DNA from: Anthoceros angustus
Lineage: Eukaryota > Plantae > Anthocerotophyta
Direction of reading: 5' to 3'
DNA length: 64,000 bases
Assembly: GCA_010909165.1 (NCBI GenBank)
Contig: MU008153.1
Location: 932,602 to 996,601 of the forward strand
A program made the translations under genes and the position numbers. Below the pieces are notes generated by a model. The model had not been told where the DNA came from. It ran no database searches and was given only the letters and a program-made list of their open reading frames with translations. How positions within the stretch are numbered: the stretch's first letter is position 1; the number at the start of each line of letters is the position of its first letter. Of this stretch, positions 1-12,924 are shown in pieces.

Positions 1-83
1 TGTAGTAAGTAAATAAGTAAGGAGGTGCCAGGCATAGCAGGAGTCACGAGAGCAAAAACGATTGGCAAGGTGAGGCCACCTAC

Positions 84-3000
84 TCTGAGGCCACCAGTAG
101 AGTGGGCTACAGGAACTGTGCCATATCTCATGGCATACAGCTGGTTTAGACCACAAGGCTCAAATCTTGAAGGCATCAGCAAAATGTCGCAACTGAAAAG
201 CCATCAAGTGAATGATAAATATTCTCAATTTGACGCTCACAATTGCCACGAGAGCGAAGCTCAAAGCAGCTCATCCTCATCTGACATGAATTACCCGGCT
301 GTGATGCGATGTGCCACAGGGACACTGAATCCTACCCACCCCCGAAACTTTTCCTTGTACTGAGATTCAGCCCAGCTCATCCAAGTCTCAACATCTCTTT
401 CCCCGCTTCCCAGCATGACCTGTTAAACGTTGCCACCATGTCATGCCCAGTCACGACGTCAGAGCAATACTATATGCCACAAAATGACACAAAGCAATTG
501 TTATGCTACTACATCCTAGCTAGCTAGCTATTAGTCAGCAACTGTACCATTTGGACATCATCACTCAGCAACTCTGGAAGACCTGCTTGGATAAGATCAG
601 GACCCTTCTGGTAGTCAAGACGTCCAATGAATCCAACCTGTGAAAAAGAAGGCGTTAGTTGATTGCTTGTACAACCAGAAAGGCTTCAACATCGTGCAAC
701 TGTGCTTTTGGTTTTCATAGTATGCTCTTAAGGAACTTGCCAGAGGGACTTCTGGACGAACTGGAAGGCCAAGTTCTTTTTGAAGAGCTGCCTTGCATTC
801 TGCCTGCAGTTTCATAAAAAAGTACTGATGAGAATCATCCGATACAACCAGTTACTGATTTAACCTTCGATCGCAAGAGCACCAACCTTCCCAGACAAAT
901 CTTCAACAACATACTGAGAAGCAATGTGCCTGTCAGTTGCAGGACTCCAGTCATCCACGTCAACACCATTTGTAATACCTGAGAAGCAATGTGCCTGTCA
1001 GTTGCAGGACTCCAGTCATCCACGTCAACACCATTTGTAATACGTATTCACATCTATTAGCAGTGTTCCCATCAAGTTGGATCCTTGGATGACAGATGCA
1101 ATTAAGGATAGGGGATACCATTGATAACTGCATTCCGACCGCGCAGAAGAGCATCAAGGCCTTGGCCACCCTCTGCTGTGGTTATTTCCCAGGCATAACC
1201 CTACAATCAGATGGTGCCAAACAAGCTCAGACACATCTATCTACATAACAACTCTGGCACATATACAAGTGTTGAAGGAGATATGACTTCCTACTCTAAC
1301 CCCAACAACCCCACTGGCACAATCAGGGCACCAGCAAGAACTATTCAGATCTTGATTTACCTGGCTGACTGTCAAGATGCGGTCAGCTGTCACAATAGCA
1401 CCTTTCAGGTGATTCACAGCCTCACCCTTGTCCAATGCATGTTTTCTTGCCCAGGTTGGGAAGACCCATTCCAGGGCACCATACCAATCAGGAGGTAATC
1501 CAAGGTTTCCGTAAGTAGTCCCTGGTTCAACACCCTGCCCGAGAATGGGAGACGCCATGTCAGATATGGATGAGCCAATAGCAACCTCAGAGTGAAGAGT
1601 GTGTCTCGCAAGACAGACCAAAGCACGAACTAACCTGGTGGGCAAGGTTATGAATAGCCAGAATGGAACGAGACCCTTGATAGACGCCATGTCTCCTATA
1701 CTTTGCCGCTACCAGGCTGCCATCCAAGATTAAAGCCAGATTTCTAAGTCAGCTACATTGGAAGGCAGTGTCGACAGAACTTTCATGCTAAGAGTCCATC
1801 AAGAGCGAATTATCAACCAAGAAACAGTTCCTTCCAGGCATACGGTAGGTGAAGAGAAAGAGTACATACACTGGAACAAGACCAGCATGCCAGTCATTGG
1901 CAACAAATATGCACTTGTCTCCATAGGTGTAGCCCCCCAGAGGCAGGACAAGGGGAACTTCACAAGCGGCATGACACAAAAGCGTAAATCGGAACTGCGC
2001 AAAACATGAGAACAAGTCAACCACTTGCAAGGGCGACAGACACACAAAATTAATGCCCAGCCATCCGCACCAACACAGAAGAATAGTTTAGTTTGTGACA
2101 ATATACCTGATTGTCACCGAATGCACCTCGTGTATCTCCATAAGGAGTGCCAGGTCTGTGGTATGATGGATGATCCACAAACACCTGGAGGAAAGCAAGT
2201 CTCAGAGGTGGCACCCAAGGCTAACTCGGGAACCAAGCAGGAAGCAAGACAAATCCCCGATAGCAATAGGAGTGCAGATTAGTAGTTCAGCTCATTGCAT
2301 ACACTTTAAGGAAGTTTACTTACCCAATCCACACCACCCCTGTACTCATGAAAGAAGGCTACTTCGTGCTCTCCACCAAAACACTTTACTTTTATTCGAC
2401 ACTGACAATCAAAAGCTCCAGCATACTTGTCATCTGTCACTCCGTTCATGTAGCGAGGAGATACCACCATCACTCTGTGCCCTCTTTCCGCCAGGGCAAG
2501 AGGCAAAGAACCACAAACATCTCCCAACCCTCCTGTCTTTGAATAAGGAGCCACTTCTGACGAGACAAACACAATGTTGAAAGGATTCTTGGTTTTCCTA
2601 TTGCCATCTTCCAGATCACTTCGGGCAAGCTTTGTGCCTTGCAACCCATCATATTCAGTTCCTGGTTCATCTGCTGTGGGTGCTGCAAGCGGATTCTCAA
2701 GGTCAGTGACCACGTCGTATGGTGTAAAAAACCTTGCAGCATCAGCACCAAACAGATGCAAACTTGAGATGGTGTTGCAACATGTACCTCTTGGAAACGT
2801 AGCAGCCATGCCGATAACAGGAGCGGTGGCTCCATCTGCTCCTGCTGATGGGGCCAGGATATTTGCCCGGGGGCGATTCACATCCACTGCCGAATCTCTG
2901 CGCAACAGGCCAGCCTCTGCTGATTCAGCACTGGATTCAGAAATGATTCGTCGCAACTCTGCATTCTCAGCCTCTATCTTTTTTATTTCCAGTTCAATGT

Positions 3001-3418
3001 CATCCGGGTCGTTGGAAACAAGGACATAGTTGGCAGGATAGTCATCGTCAACAATAAGACTGTTTTGACTATCCGCCTCAGGGACAGCTGTGGATGTGGA
3101 TCCTGAGCCACTCAATCCCAAATCTGTAGTTGCAAGGGCATCAGCTGTGAAATAAATCCAATCATCTGCAGTAGCTCGCGAAGGAGAAGCAGAAGCATTG
3201 GTGTCGGTATGTCGTCTCGACCTAATTGCGAAAGAAGTGCCGAACATGCTCCGCGAGGCCCATGACAGCGATGCGGCAGGAGAGTGGACATTCACCACAC
3301 TGCATAATCCGTCAGAAACCAAACGCCTCGTCTTCTTGCTCCTCCTGCCCCCTGTGGTGTGGCTGGCCAGGACAGCAGAACTCCCGAGCTGCACTGCTGC
3401 CATGGCCACCTCCATCAT
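84..3418 (-). CDS. SS1: Soluble starch synthase I (GT5), multi-exon, 3'-partial (continues off the left edge)
   Basis: Long N-terminal transit/extension followed by [24 protein letters not shown] (KTGGL motif). Later exons read [70 protein letters not shown] and [25 protein letters not shown] introns are visible, e.g. donor at 2323 and donor at 83. Confidence 0.93.
914..1043. repeat. Perfect 65-bp tandem duplication (914-978 / 979-1043) at an SS1 intron-exon boundary
   Basis: ctgagaagcaatgtgcctgtcagttgcaggactccagtcatccacgtcaacaccatttgtaatac occurs twice back to back. Confidence 0.95.
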
Positions 3419-3569
3419 CAACGCCCAGCACCCCTGAGCGCTCCTGCTATCTGGAACTCAAACTACAGATTCTGCGCAACCCATCTGCACCAACATATGA
3501 GTCAGCAACATGAGAATACTGTAATGTAGGGCCTTCCAACACTAGAACAGTGTCCAAAAGCCTTCCAAA

Positions 3570-3810
3570 ATGAGATCTTTGCAAGCCTTTCAGCATGAGA
3601 ATACTGTGGACCTTTCGACATGACACACTGTAAGCCCCTCAGCATCCAAATACAGTAAAGCCTCTTTCAGTAATTCAGCATGCCCCTTTCAGTAAAGCCT
3701 CTTTCAGTAATTCAGCACGCAAATACTATCAGCCCCTCAGCAAGAAAAATACTGTAAACCTTTCAACGGGAGAATGCTGCAAGAAAAATACTGCAAGTTT
3801 TTCAGCACGC
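3570..3810. repeat. Degenerate short repeats (aatactgt / cagtaaagcctctttcagtaattcagca) upstream of SS1
   Basis: cagtaaagcctctttcagtaattcagca is present twice and aatactg(t/c)a recurs several times, 150-400 bp upstream of the SS1 start. Confidence 0.55.
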
Positions 3811-5089
3811 ACATTGTACAAGCTATTTCTGCAACCAAACTGTACGACCAGAACAATACCAAACATCAGCTTCCAAAGATGGAGTCGGAAAAAACAAACC
3901 TGCCGACAACCAACAAAATCACTTTGCACAACGACACATGATACGAAAGCTCAAATGACGGTGACCGAATTCCTTCATCTAGCCACTGCCCACCGAGCTT
4001 CGACAAGTTGTGAACAGGCGGAAGAAGCCATGCAAAGCCATACTAGTGGATCCAGCCCGCTAACGCCCACATGCACGCCCACAAACCCAAAGAAAAGGAG
4101 ACTTGAAGAAAACGCTCAGAATTCGCCACCGCACCTCCAGCACCAGGTGCGACAGCTGGCAGGCTGTGGAGCTAAGACCAGAATTTTCTGCCAGCAGGAA
4201 AGGCTGTGACTTTGCTGCCAAACGCGGGAAATTGCAAGGAATTCGGAGACTCAAAGTGCGAATAGCGAGTCCGAACCAGCTGCTTCCTACAGCGAGCCGC
4301 ATTACCTGAACAGTGGGCGATGCCCACCGGAGAAGAACCTTCCCAGAACCTTCCGAGTGGGCACAGCAGGCGGCAAGAGCGATGCCGGACGTGAAAGGAC
4401 AAGAGGAAGAAGAGAAATTGGCGGTGGTTTCAGGCCGCGGCCGCGGCGTCGCAATGCAATGGGTGATGGGCAGAAGAGCAGGTTGACGTAATGGACAGGA
4501 TCGCACGGTGCCAGAGAGGAGGGAGGAGAGGTGGCAGCGAGCCAGGGGCCGAGAAGATGTGTGGGTCCGCCCCACGTCTTTTGTGGCCGGTAGATTCGGA
4601 CTGCCGACAGCCGGTCACACCGACCAGTCACTCCGGTGGCGAAAATTCCGTTCATCATGAGAGTCGGCTAGAATATGGCTATGCATGCCGCCAAGAGGTT
4701 TCCTTTCGGAATCCAAGACTAGTATGGTAGATTGTAGTACAGCACCCTCCGGTGCAGATGTGACTGTTTCCCGAACCCACGACCGACACTTGCAGTCGAC
4801 CAATATCGAGGGACCTCAAGATGCGCTAACAGATGCAGGACTGAGAAAATTTACCGGCTTCGAGAGAGGAGGATTAATATACACCGCGCCTATCGGGGCC
4901 ACCTGAAACCAACCTGTGTGGGTTTCCGTCCTACTTGCCGCGTCCAGCGCCAATGTGGCAGAGGGGGTCCTGCTCCTGTTCCATCGGTTACTCATAGGCC
5001 GGCTGCTGCAATGTCTGACATAAAACGACATTGCTGGGTCCGCGCCTTGTGAAAAATACAACGGACAGATGTTGCCCGCGGAATTGTTC

Positions 5090-8000
5090 TTAGGGGCTGC
5101 CTCTTCCTCCTGTCCCATTTTGCAAACCACTTGGCATCGAGTCGAGACGATCTACTCTCCTGCCGTCACTGCCTACATCCCTTCTCAAAGCCTCGGCTGG
5201 AGGGGGCCGGTGGAGCCTGAGCCGCAACTTTGTGCTACCACTGTTGGGTCCATCGTCCATGGAGTAGCCATTCAGACCGGCCTGATTGAGACTTAAGGAC
5301 TCAGGACGATGGTCGTAGGAATGCTCAGCGTTGCTGCCTCGTCCATTCATGCCTGGCCTTGGTAGTACCATGTCCCCTCCGCCTTCATATTCCCTGGATG
5401 ATGGGTCCTCTTCCTCATCCGCAGACAGCTCTGATCCAGCACTAAGCTCCCCTTGAGATTCATCAGCCCCCCTATCTTCAGCTTCCTTGTCATCATCGGG
5501 GTAACCCCTATCTACCCTGTAGTTCCCCTCAGCTTCTTCATCTACCTCTTCCATCTCACTATCGAACTGCTCATGGCGATCTGCACCACGACTCAACCTC
5601 GTACTTCGCCTTAAACCCCAATTCGATGCCTTTTCAGCTTCAACTTGAGATTTTGCTCTTTTGCCTCCACGTCGACGGTCTTCATACCCGCTGCTCTCAT
5701 GTCCAGAATCAACGTAATCACTATCGGCATTGGCTCCAACCTCATCCTCTGGATCAAATTCATCCTCCTCAATCCTGTATTCATAATCTCTTTCAGAACT
5801 AGGCTCTCTCCTCTGTCTTCTCCTTTGCAAGTAGTCCTCCTTAAATACAGCTTCTCCTACAATTTCCTCATCGCTCAATGCCTCACCGTCAGCACTATCA
5901 ACATATTCATTGTCTGGATATCTCTGCGTAGGACGAGGTTGCCTCCCACTGCATACACCCACAAATTTCTCCTGGTGTAAAAAGCGATGGCAAGACCTAG
6001 ATATTGAGCAAAAAGATCTGCAAACTGTGACATGGATGACCTGCGTAGAGATACAGCGTATGACTGATCCATGTCAGGAACCGCAGCCTCCTCATGTCCA
6101 CCCTCATTCCCACCACTGAAGCCTCTCAGTCGTTGGAGATATTCAGGTCTACCATTTGCTCCATTAGACCTTGCATCCTGATTCCGCAAATCTCGTCTGC
6201 TAGCTGGTGGCTCTGGTGAAGGATTCTTCTTCCTGTCCATGGACCAAAAGATTAATAAGCGCCATTCGACGTAATTGTGAATCTTAACTTCCACCCTCCA
6301 ATCAACTGACACAGGACCATTTTCTGGTACCGAACAGAAAACACACCAAAGAAGTCATCCTCATCATTATAGCAACTTACTTTGTAAATTTGATTGCCTC
6401 TGATATAGAACGGTCATAGTCGTCTGCGCACAAAAGGAGCCCATGAGACAAGAGCGACCAATAAAAACAAAAGCCCTTGCAAACATAATGCTGATAAAAG
6501 AAATGGCCACTACAATTCCATGAGAAGGAACAGGATATCGCTATGTGTATAACTCGTACCAAATGTGTAGGTCACTGGTTTCCTATCTCTTCGAGAGCGT
6601 CCACCAGCTAACCCATTTGCAGTCATGCAGCTCTCCAAAAGCATGGCTTGCCTTGCCTGCTTCTTAAGAGCCCTTTCCTTTTTCTGGTTCCAGAATCATA
6701 ATCAGAATTACCTCCTCCATCTCATTCAAAAAGTTCAAAACCAATTACAGGGAAGATGGTCAAGCTGGTACATTCACTTACCTTGTGAAGTTCCTCAATG
6801 AATGGCATAACATCTGTGTTTATCTTCCTCCCCAAATTCACTTCAGCCTTGTTCCTGCTAGCGCAGAGCCTTTCCTGCCAGATCATTACATAATGATGCA
6901 ATGCTTGTGCAACAACTGCGACCAAAAATTGGAAGTCACATCCGGTGCAAAGATCAGTTACCACGACATCCTGGAATTCTGTGAAGTTTGTAGCCACCGT
7001 TTCCCACTGCCCTGATCCTGGTGGGGGGACTGAACGGCCCTTCACTTGTCCCTTTGACTTGGTTTTTGGTTCTATCCGAGGCAGCTCTCTGTACAGCCTT
7101 TGTCCTAGCACCATATCCTCTTCATACCTAAGGAATTTTAAGCTTAACGAGAATTAGTTTTGAAGAAAACCCCAATGTAGCTGGACAATGCACAGTGCTG
7201 CAGTTTTGTTGGTTTTCAAATCACCACCGCAACAAAAACTAACCAGTAGGTTGTACCAAAAATGTCTCCAAGTGGTTCCTTACGAAAAACAGGATGTCGA
7301 TCCTTCATGGACGCATCAATATAGCCACGCAGGTCATCTTGCTGCATGAGAACAGGGAGATTAACTAAGAAATTGCCAGAAGACACATAGGAAACCACAA
7401 CCACCAGTAGCTGAGAAAAGGAGGACCTACATCAAGTCTTATTTCACAGAGTGCCTTCAAGATTTGAAGGCGCATTCCAGGTTCAAATCCTTTGTAGACT
7501 TCAATCTCCTGTCTGCCATCAGGCAAGGATACATCAGTTACCAAAGGCAACTCGTAGTCAAGCACCTCCCAGAGTCTGACAACAAAGTCTCAAAGGATGT
7601 GCGCTGCATCAAAGGATGTCAAGAAAATGGATGCACATACCCATGGTTCGCAACCAGAGGGCAAGGTCCATCTCCTACCTGCAAAGAGAACAAGGACCTA
7701 TGCTTATCTTGTTCACCAAAAGCAGATAACGCTGAGCAACACAGGCACGCCTCATAAGCAAAGGCAAGAAAACCTCAGAGTCCTCATGACATGCTAAGCT
7801 TGGAGTATTGGAGAAGTCTGGAATTTCATTACCTTATGCCACCAGTCCTTCAACTTCTTGCAAAGAACAGTCACCCACGTGTCCCGAGTTAGTGCAATTC
7901 TAGCAGCTGGAGGAATTGCCTGCAGGAAGGATGGAGCAGCAGCATGACACAACGCTGATCAGCAAGCCTCTCAAGAATCTCCAAAACACCAACATCTGCT

Positions 8001-8747
8001 CCACATGCCAATGAATTGATCCTGAACATTGAGGCTTCTCAATGCTGAGGTGCTTGAAGAACGGCAAACAGGTCACTGGCAAGAGAAGCTAGGCCCAAAC
8101 GACACGTGGGGGCTAATGTCATGCTCCAGGACCAATAGATAAGGAACAAGTGCCGCGCACCTTCAGCAGAGCCAAATGAATATCGTCCAGTCTGCTGTTC
8201 GGCACCAGCAGCGCAGACTCGAGGTCCTCACCAGTAAACTCATACTCAAATCCAAGTAGAGGACGAAAACACTGCAGTCGAATCAACCATGAGCCCATCC
8301 ATCAGCATAGACATGCAAGTATTAGATCACCATTCCGACACGGCAGGCAGATAACCTGCCTATTGCTCTTGACAGAAAAAAAGCAGAAAATTGGACTCCC
8401 AGAAGCTCACAGCTGAACAAGGCAGCTGCGGTGGACAGAACGGACACGGCGGGAAGGGAGGAAAGACGTACACTGAAGAAGTCTATAACAGACGCAAGCT
8501 CCCACATGTTCCGTAGCTGCCAGCGATCATTTTGACCTGGCAAGGGAGGAGTCAAAACGAGCTCAACGGGAGGCTCATATTCCGCAGGTTTCTTCTTCGT
8601 AGCCGTGCTCCTAGGGGGAGGGGCAGGTGCAGGCGGGGCTAATCTTGCTGCGGTACGCGCAGTGCAAGCCCGGGTCGGTCGCCTCCGTGGATGCTCGTCC
8701 TGCGGTGGCTCCTCATGAAAGTAGGCCATCGGACCATCATCTGCCAT
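5090..8747 (-). CDS. DDR4: DDT domain-containing chromatin protein, DDR4-like (DDT and WHIM-type region, long acidic C-terminus), multi-exon
   Basis: Exons translate to RRPTRACTARTAARL, RWQLRNMWELASVIDF, FRPLLGFEYEFTGEDLESALLVPN, AIPPAARIALTRDTWVTVLCKKLKDWW, EIEVYKGFEPGMRLQILKALCEIRLD, QDDLRGYIDASMK, GQRLYRE, WETVATNFTEFQDV and DDYDRSISEAIK. This matches the recognised land-plant DDR4 pattern. The terminal acidic exon is ORF 5090-5962. Exact exon ends were not all resolved. Confidence 0.88.
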
Positions 8748-10899
8748 GACTCACGACTCCTGGAGAAACGACGTCCCCTCTTCCATGAACCAGCTGCAAC
8801 TACAGCTCCGTGCGATCCAGACACGCGCGTCCCGGTTTAGGTCACACGGCCTAGCACTGTGAAGACTAAAAACATCCTATACTAATCCAAATACCCTACC
8901 CTGGACAAAGAATTGCACCCGGAGACACCATCTCAGCACGCGGAATGCACCGCAACGGCCACGCGCATTGCATCCATTCTCACCGGCCTCATCCAGCTAC
9001 AGCGATTCCCGTCGCATGCCTCTCCAAGCCTCTCTAAACCAATCCAAGACCCGGCGCATCAGCTCGATATCTGCACCAAAGAGAACCTCCTTTCTCCACT
9101 AAAATCCACCGTGAGCTCCCTCCCGCAGCTGAGCTGGACCTTGCCAAGCTCCGGACGCTCAAGACTCCCCTGCCTGCAACAACATCCTTCCTTCTCCAAT
9201 CCGAACAACCAACTCCTGCTGCCGAATTCCGCTTCCGTCACAGCAAAGAAGCTACGGACTCAACTGCAGAGGCCGGATCTGCGGCCGGCCATCCCGCACA
9301 AACCCTGGCCACCAGCCTTCGAGCATGCACCTGCGTCAGCCTCCAAGACACGAGCAGCCGCTCCAGCTCCCGCAGGCAGGGGCAGGAGCAGGCGCAGGGG
9401 GCGAGGCTCCGGGGATCCGACGCCGGCAACCTGGCCGATCTCCGGGGCTCGAATGCCGGGGCGGCAAGAAGGCAATTGGCGTGCGGTGAGCGGGCGTAGC
9501 TGCAGCAGCAGCGCAAAGGCACATGCGCGGGAAAGGCAGAAGCCGCCGGTGGCGCCACGGGACAGGCGGACAGGTCAGGCGAGTATGTATCTCACGTCAA
9601 GCCATGCCCGGACCAGGCAAAGGTGAGAGACAAAGGCAGTATAGCTTTAGAGCCCAGAGGCAGGCAGGACATGGGAATGAAGCTCCCGTAAACGGGGTTT
9701 TTGCCTGCGCTTTTAGGGTTTTGCCGCGGCTGCCACGATCTAGAGCTCCGTACGGTCGCCCCGTTAACTTTCCCGCCGCCTACTTTAATACGAATCACTG
9801 CCCAACTTATCCGGTATCAGTATCAAACATCTCTCCCCGGTACTTAGCCTAGAAGTAGCGAGTACTTAATAAAAAATTAAAAGGGGTTCAGGCCCTCTTT
9901 TCCTAAAACGATTCGGTCCCTCTACATTTTCCCTCCTGTTTAATTAGATATTTAAAAAGAAAAATTATCCATATCTCCATTTAACCGAACGAAACACGCA
10001 ACGAATTGGAAAAAGGAAGACTTATAGAAAATATCTCATTACCCCCACGGTAAGAGATCCAAACCGTCTTCCTATTGCATTTTTGTTCCACATCTTTTTA
10101 TGTTTTTATAGTCTCCACTTTTATTCGGTTTTCTTTAATGCACTTAGTGCATAATTTGACTTCATCCTTTTCATCTTCATGGTTCCTTTTCATCTTCTTG
10201 GTTCCTTTTCATCTTCATGCTACTTTCTCGTATCTTCATATATAATCTATTTCAATCTTCTTGGTACCTTTTGACATGTTCATGGTCTGTTCCATCTTTG
10301 TAGTGTTTTCTTTGGTCTCCTTGGTCTAGTTCCATCTTCATGGTACATTCTTTGGTCTTTCACAATCGTAGCTTCCTTTGTGGAGCCCTCTGTGGTCTTT
10401 TGCGATTGTGGTTTGTTTCCATTCTAGTACTTCCTCTAGCCTCCACAATATGTTTGCATCTTCTTAGAGCCTTCTCTAATCTCCATGATGTTCCTAGGAC
10501 TTTCTTTGGTCTTTATGATAAGTTTCTATCTTCGTGGTTTGTTTTCAACTTCAAGTTTAGGGCACCTTCTTTAGTATTTGTTGTATGTTCCTATAGTAGT
10601 GGTGCCTTCTTTGGTCTTTATAATATATTTCCATCAATCCTAGTACCTTCTTTGGAATTCATATTGTTTTCCTTTCGTGTTGCCTTTTCTGTTTTGGTGA
10701 TACCGCTCCCTGAGGGGTGATAGGAGCTAATTAATTAAAATTAATAAAAGTTGAAAATCCAAAATTTATTATATTTTAAATGCCAAATGTGTAAAAATTT
10801 ACGCTTAAGATGCCGAAAACAAGGAAAAGGTAACAGAGGCTCAGCTGCAGCCTCAAGAGGTAGCGGAGGCTGCAGGCAGGGAGCAGCGGAGACTGCAGG

Positions 10900-12001
10900 C
10901 ATAAGGTAGCGGAGGCAGTGTTGAGACCATTTCTTGGCAAGATCTCGAGATTTGATCTCAATACTTGCAAGGTATCTCAAATTTGGCTAAAGCTTAGAGT
11001 TCACAATATGTGCCAATATCATGGGCTTCAAACTGAGAACCCGCCTAGCATGGACAAATCACGACATGAGAAAGGACATGTGTACATCCTATCACCTGCT
11101 CTAGCACGACCGAGCAGTAGTGTTACTTCCTTCGATAAGCCAGGCCCTTCCATACCTATATCATGCAGAAACTTCACAGTTGGCATCATGTTTTCCTCCA
11201 CACTTAGACCAAGCAATTGAGGTGCATTGTAGATAACCTGATGCACGCAACCAGCAGCCATTCAACAAAGCCAAGGCCACACAAATCTGACATCCGGCCA
11301 TATGATGTACTACATGAGGATTGTCAAAGGAAATCCAAGGCAATTACCCATCTTACCCAGTTCCTTGCGATCAAGCCCCAGGCTCAGAAGGTAGTCTGTT
11401 CAGCGAAGAAAGCTATTCCGATTCCTTAGCAATTGAGGATGCCTTCTAAAGAGCTTGCCCATGAGGGCTAGTTCCACTCCCAAGCTATGAAGGTGTTGAA
11501 TAGTTGGCCTAAAGTCCTAGTGGAGCACAAGTGCAGTAGCAAACCAAAGAAAGGTTTGTCAGAGAAGGAGTCAACTGGTCGAGAGCATAGGCACAAGGGA
11601 AAGAATTACCTGTTCAAGATCATAGCAAAAGAGCCCTACGAACGAGATAACAATCTTGTCGATGTCATCTGTCTTGGCATTGATGACCCTCAGATGATTC
11701 CCTATTGGCATCAAATCCCTCTCTATATTCCTCTCCAGTTGCACGGGCCTTCGTCTCAATAGGACCCCAAAGCGTTTCTTTTGTACGCCTATACCTTCCA
11801 GAAAGGCAAGGAGTGACTCCACTTGGAATTTAGCCTTCGTCTCAATAGGACCCCAAAGTGCTTCTTTTGTACGCCTATACCCTCCAGAAAGGCAAGGAAT
11901 GACTCCACCCAGAATTTAGCATCAGTCAGATGGATATGGTATCGAACGACCAGCTTCTTGAAGTCCCCCGAAGCAACACCTAAGTGATCAACATATTGCA
12001 C
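10900..12001 (-). pseudogene. Decayed mTERF (mitochondrial transcription termination factor family) coding fragment
   Basis: mTERF-like repeats APQLLGLSVEENMMPTVKFLHDIG, FLAFLEGIGVQKKxFGVLLRRRP and HLGVASGDFKKLVVRY are split over several frames with stops. Includes an internal 86-bp tandem duplication (11747/11833). Confidence 0.75.
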
Positions 12002-12330
12002 ATAGGGCTTATTAGAAACTCCAACTAGAGCTTATTACAAACTAGGGCTTGTTTGAAGGAAACTAGGATTTTTGTGGAAAATTAGGGCATGTTTAGGGGA
12101 CGTCTATACATATCTATTAGTTCTATATAGATACCTATGTATTCTAATAAATTTTAAAATTTGATAAAATTATTTTTCATAAATTTTGAAATTTTAAAAA
12201 TATAAATATTTATGTTGAGGCTTATTTTTTCCAGAAAATAATTCTTTCGGCATTACCCTGTTGAACCACTTCTCGGGGTACGGTAGTATGTTTCTTTTTC
12301 ATTCCCCATCTCAATATAGTCCAACCACAG

Positions 12331-12570
12331 GATCACTTAACCAAGGAGGACATGGGAGAAATTTCTTTCTAGTTTTTCTTTGGAGTACTTTCATTGTTCA
12401 TTATAAAATATTCATATTTTCCATGCTTGCGCTCTCATAGGCATCCGATCGGAGGATCACTTAACCAAGGAAGACATGAGAGAAATTTCTTTCTGGTTAT
12501 TTTTTGGAGTTCTTTCATTGTTCACTATAAAATATGCGTATTTTCCATGCTTGCACTCCATAGGCATAGA
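12331..12570. repeat. Imperfect ~124-bp tandem duplication
   Basis: gatcacttaaccaagga...ccatgcttgc..ctc..cataggcat starts at both 12331 and 12455. Confidence 0.85.
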
Positions 12571-12687
12571 AACAAGTGGATTACCTGCGCACATTCCTAC
12601 TCTATGCCCCTCGACCCTCACCCTTGACCCCTCGCTCCTCACCCCTCACCCTCTTATAAATGTTTTAATGTAAATATACTCGTGTCC

Positions 12688-12902
12688 TTGCCCTTCTACT
12701 CCTTGGAACCTCACACTTGCTCCAATGGCCGGGTGTAGGTCGCACACTTTAGCGCTATCCATTTTCGGAGCTAGTTGATCCGGCAGGTGAGTTGTTACAT
12801 TCTCCTTAGCAGATTTCAACTTCCATGACCACGGTCGTGTTATCTTAATCAATTAACACCCCTTGTGGGATCTAAGTTAGCACGCATTTTGGCATTGTAA
12901 CC
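12688..12902 (-). pseudogene. Degenerate ~215-bp fragment of cytosolic 25S/28S rRNA
   Basis: The plus strand resembles the reverse complement of plant LSU rRNA: ggccgggtgtaggtcgcacactttagcgctatccattttcggagctagttgatccggcaggtgagttgttacattctccttagcagatttcaacttccatgaccac...gtaacc. Many transitions, no flanking rDNA. Confidence 0.88.
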
Positions 12903-12924
12903 ACTACTTTAAAAAAAAAAAATA

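Noticed and set aside
3814-4730. Small ORFs between SS1 and DDR4 (one with a PKKRRL NLS-like stretch)
   Set aside because: No recognisable domain and no convincing exon chain; could be UTR or intergenic. Needs RNA-seq.
8913-9626. 237-aa plus-strand ORF upstream of DDR4
   Set aside because: Low-complexity P/A/R-rich product typical of a GC-rich promoter or 5' UTR region; no domain support.
10150-10720. 126-aa hydrophobic ORF (10340-10720) as a membrane protein
   Set aside because: It arises from pyrimidine-rich low-complexity repeats (ttcatcttc, ttctttggtc), so the hydrophobicity is compositional.
12688-12902. Functional rRNA gene
   Set aside because: Only ~215 bp, heavily mutated, with no flanking rDNA.
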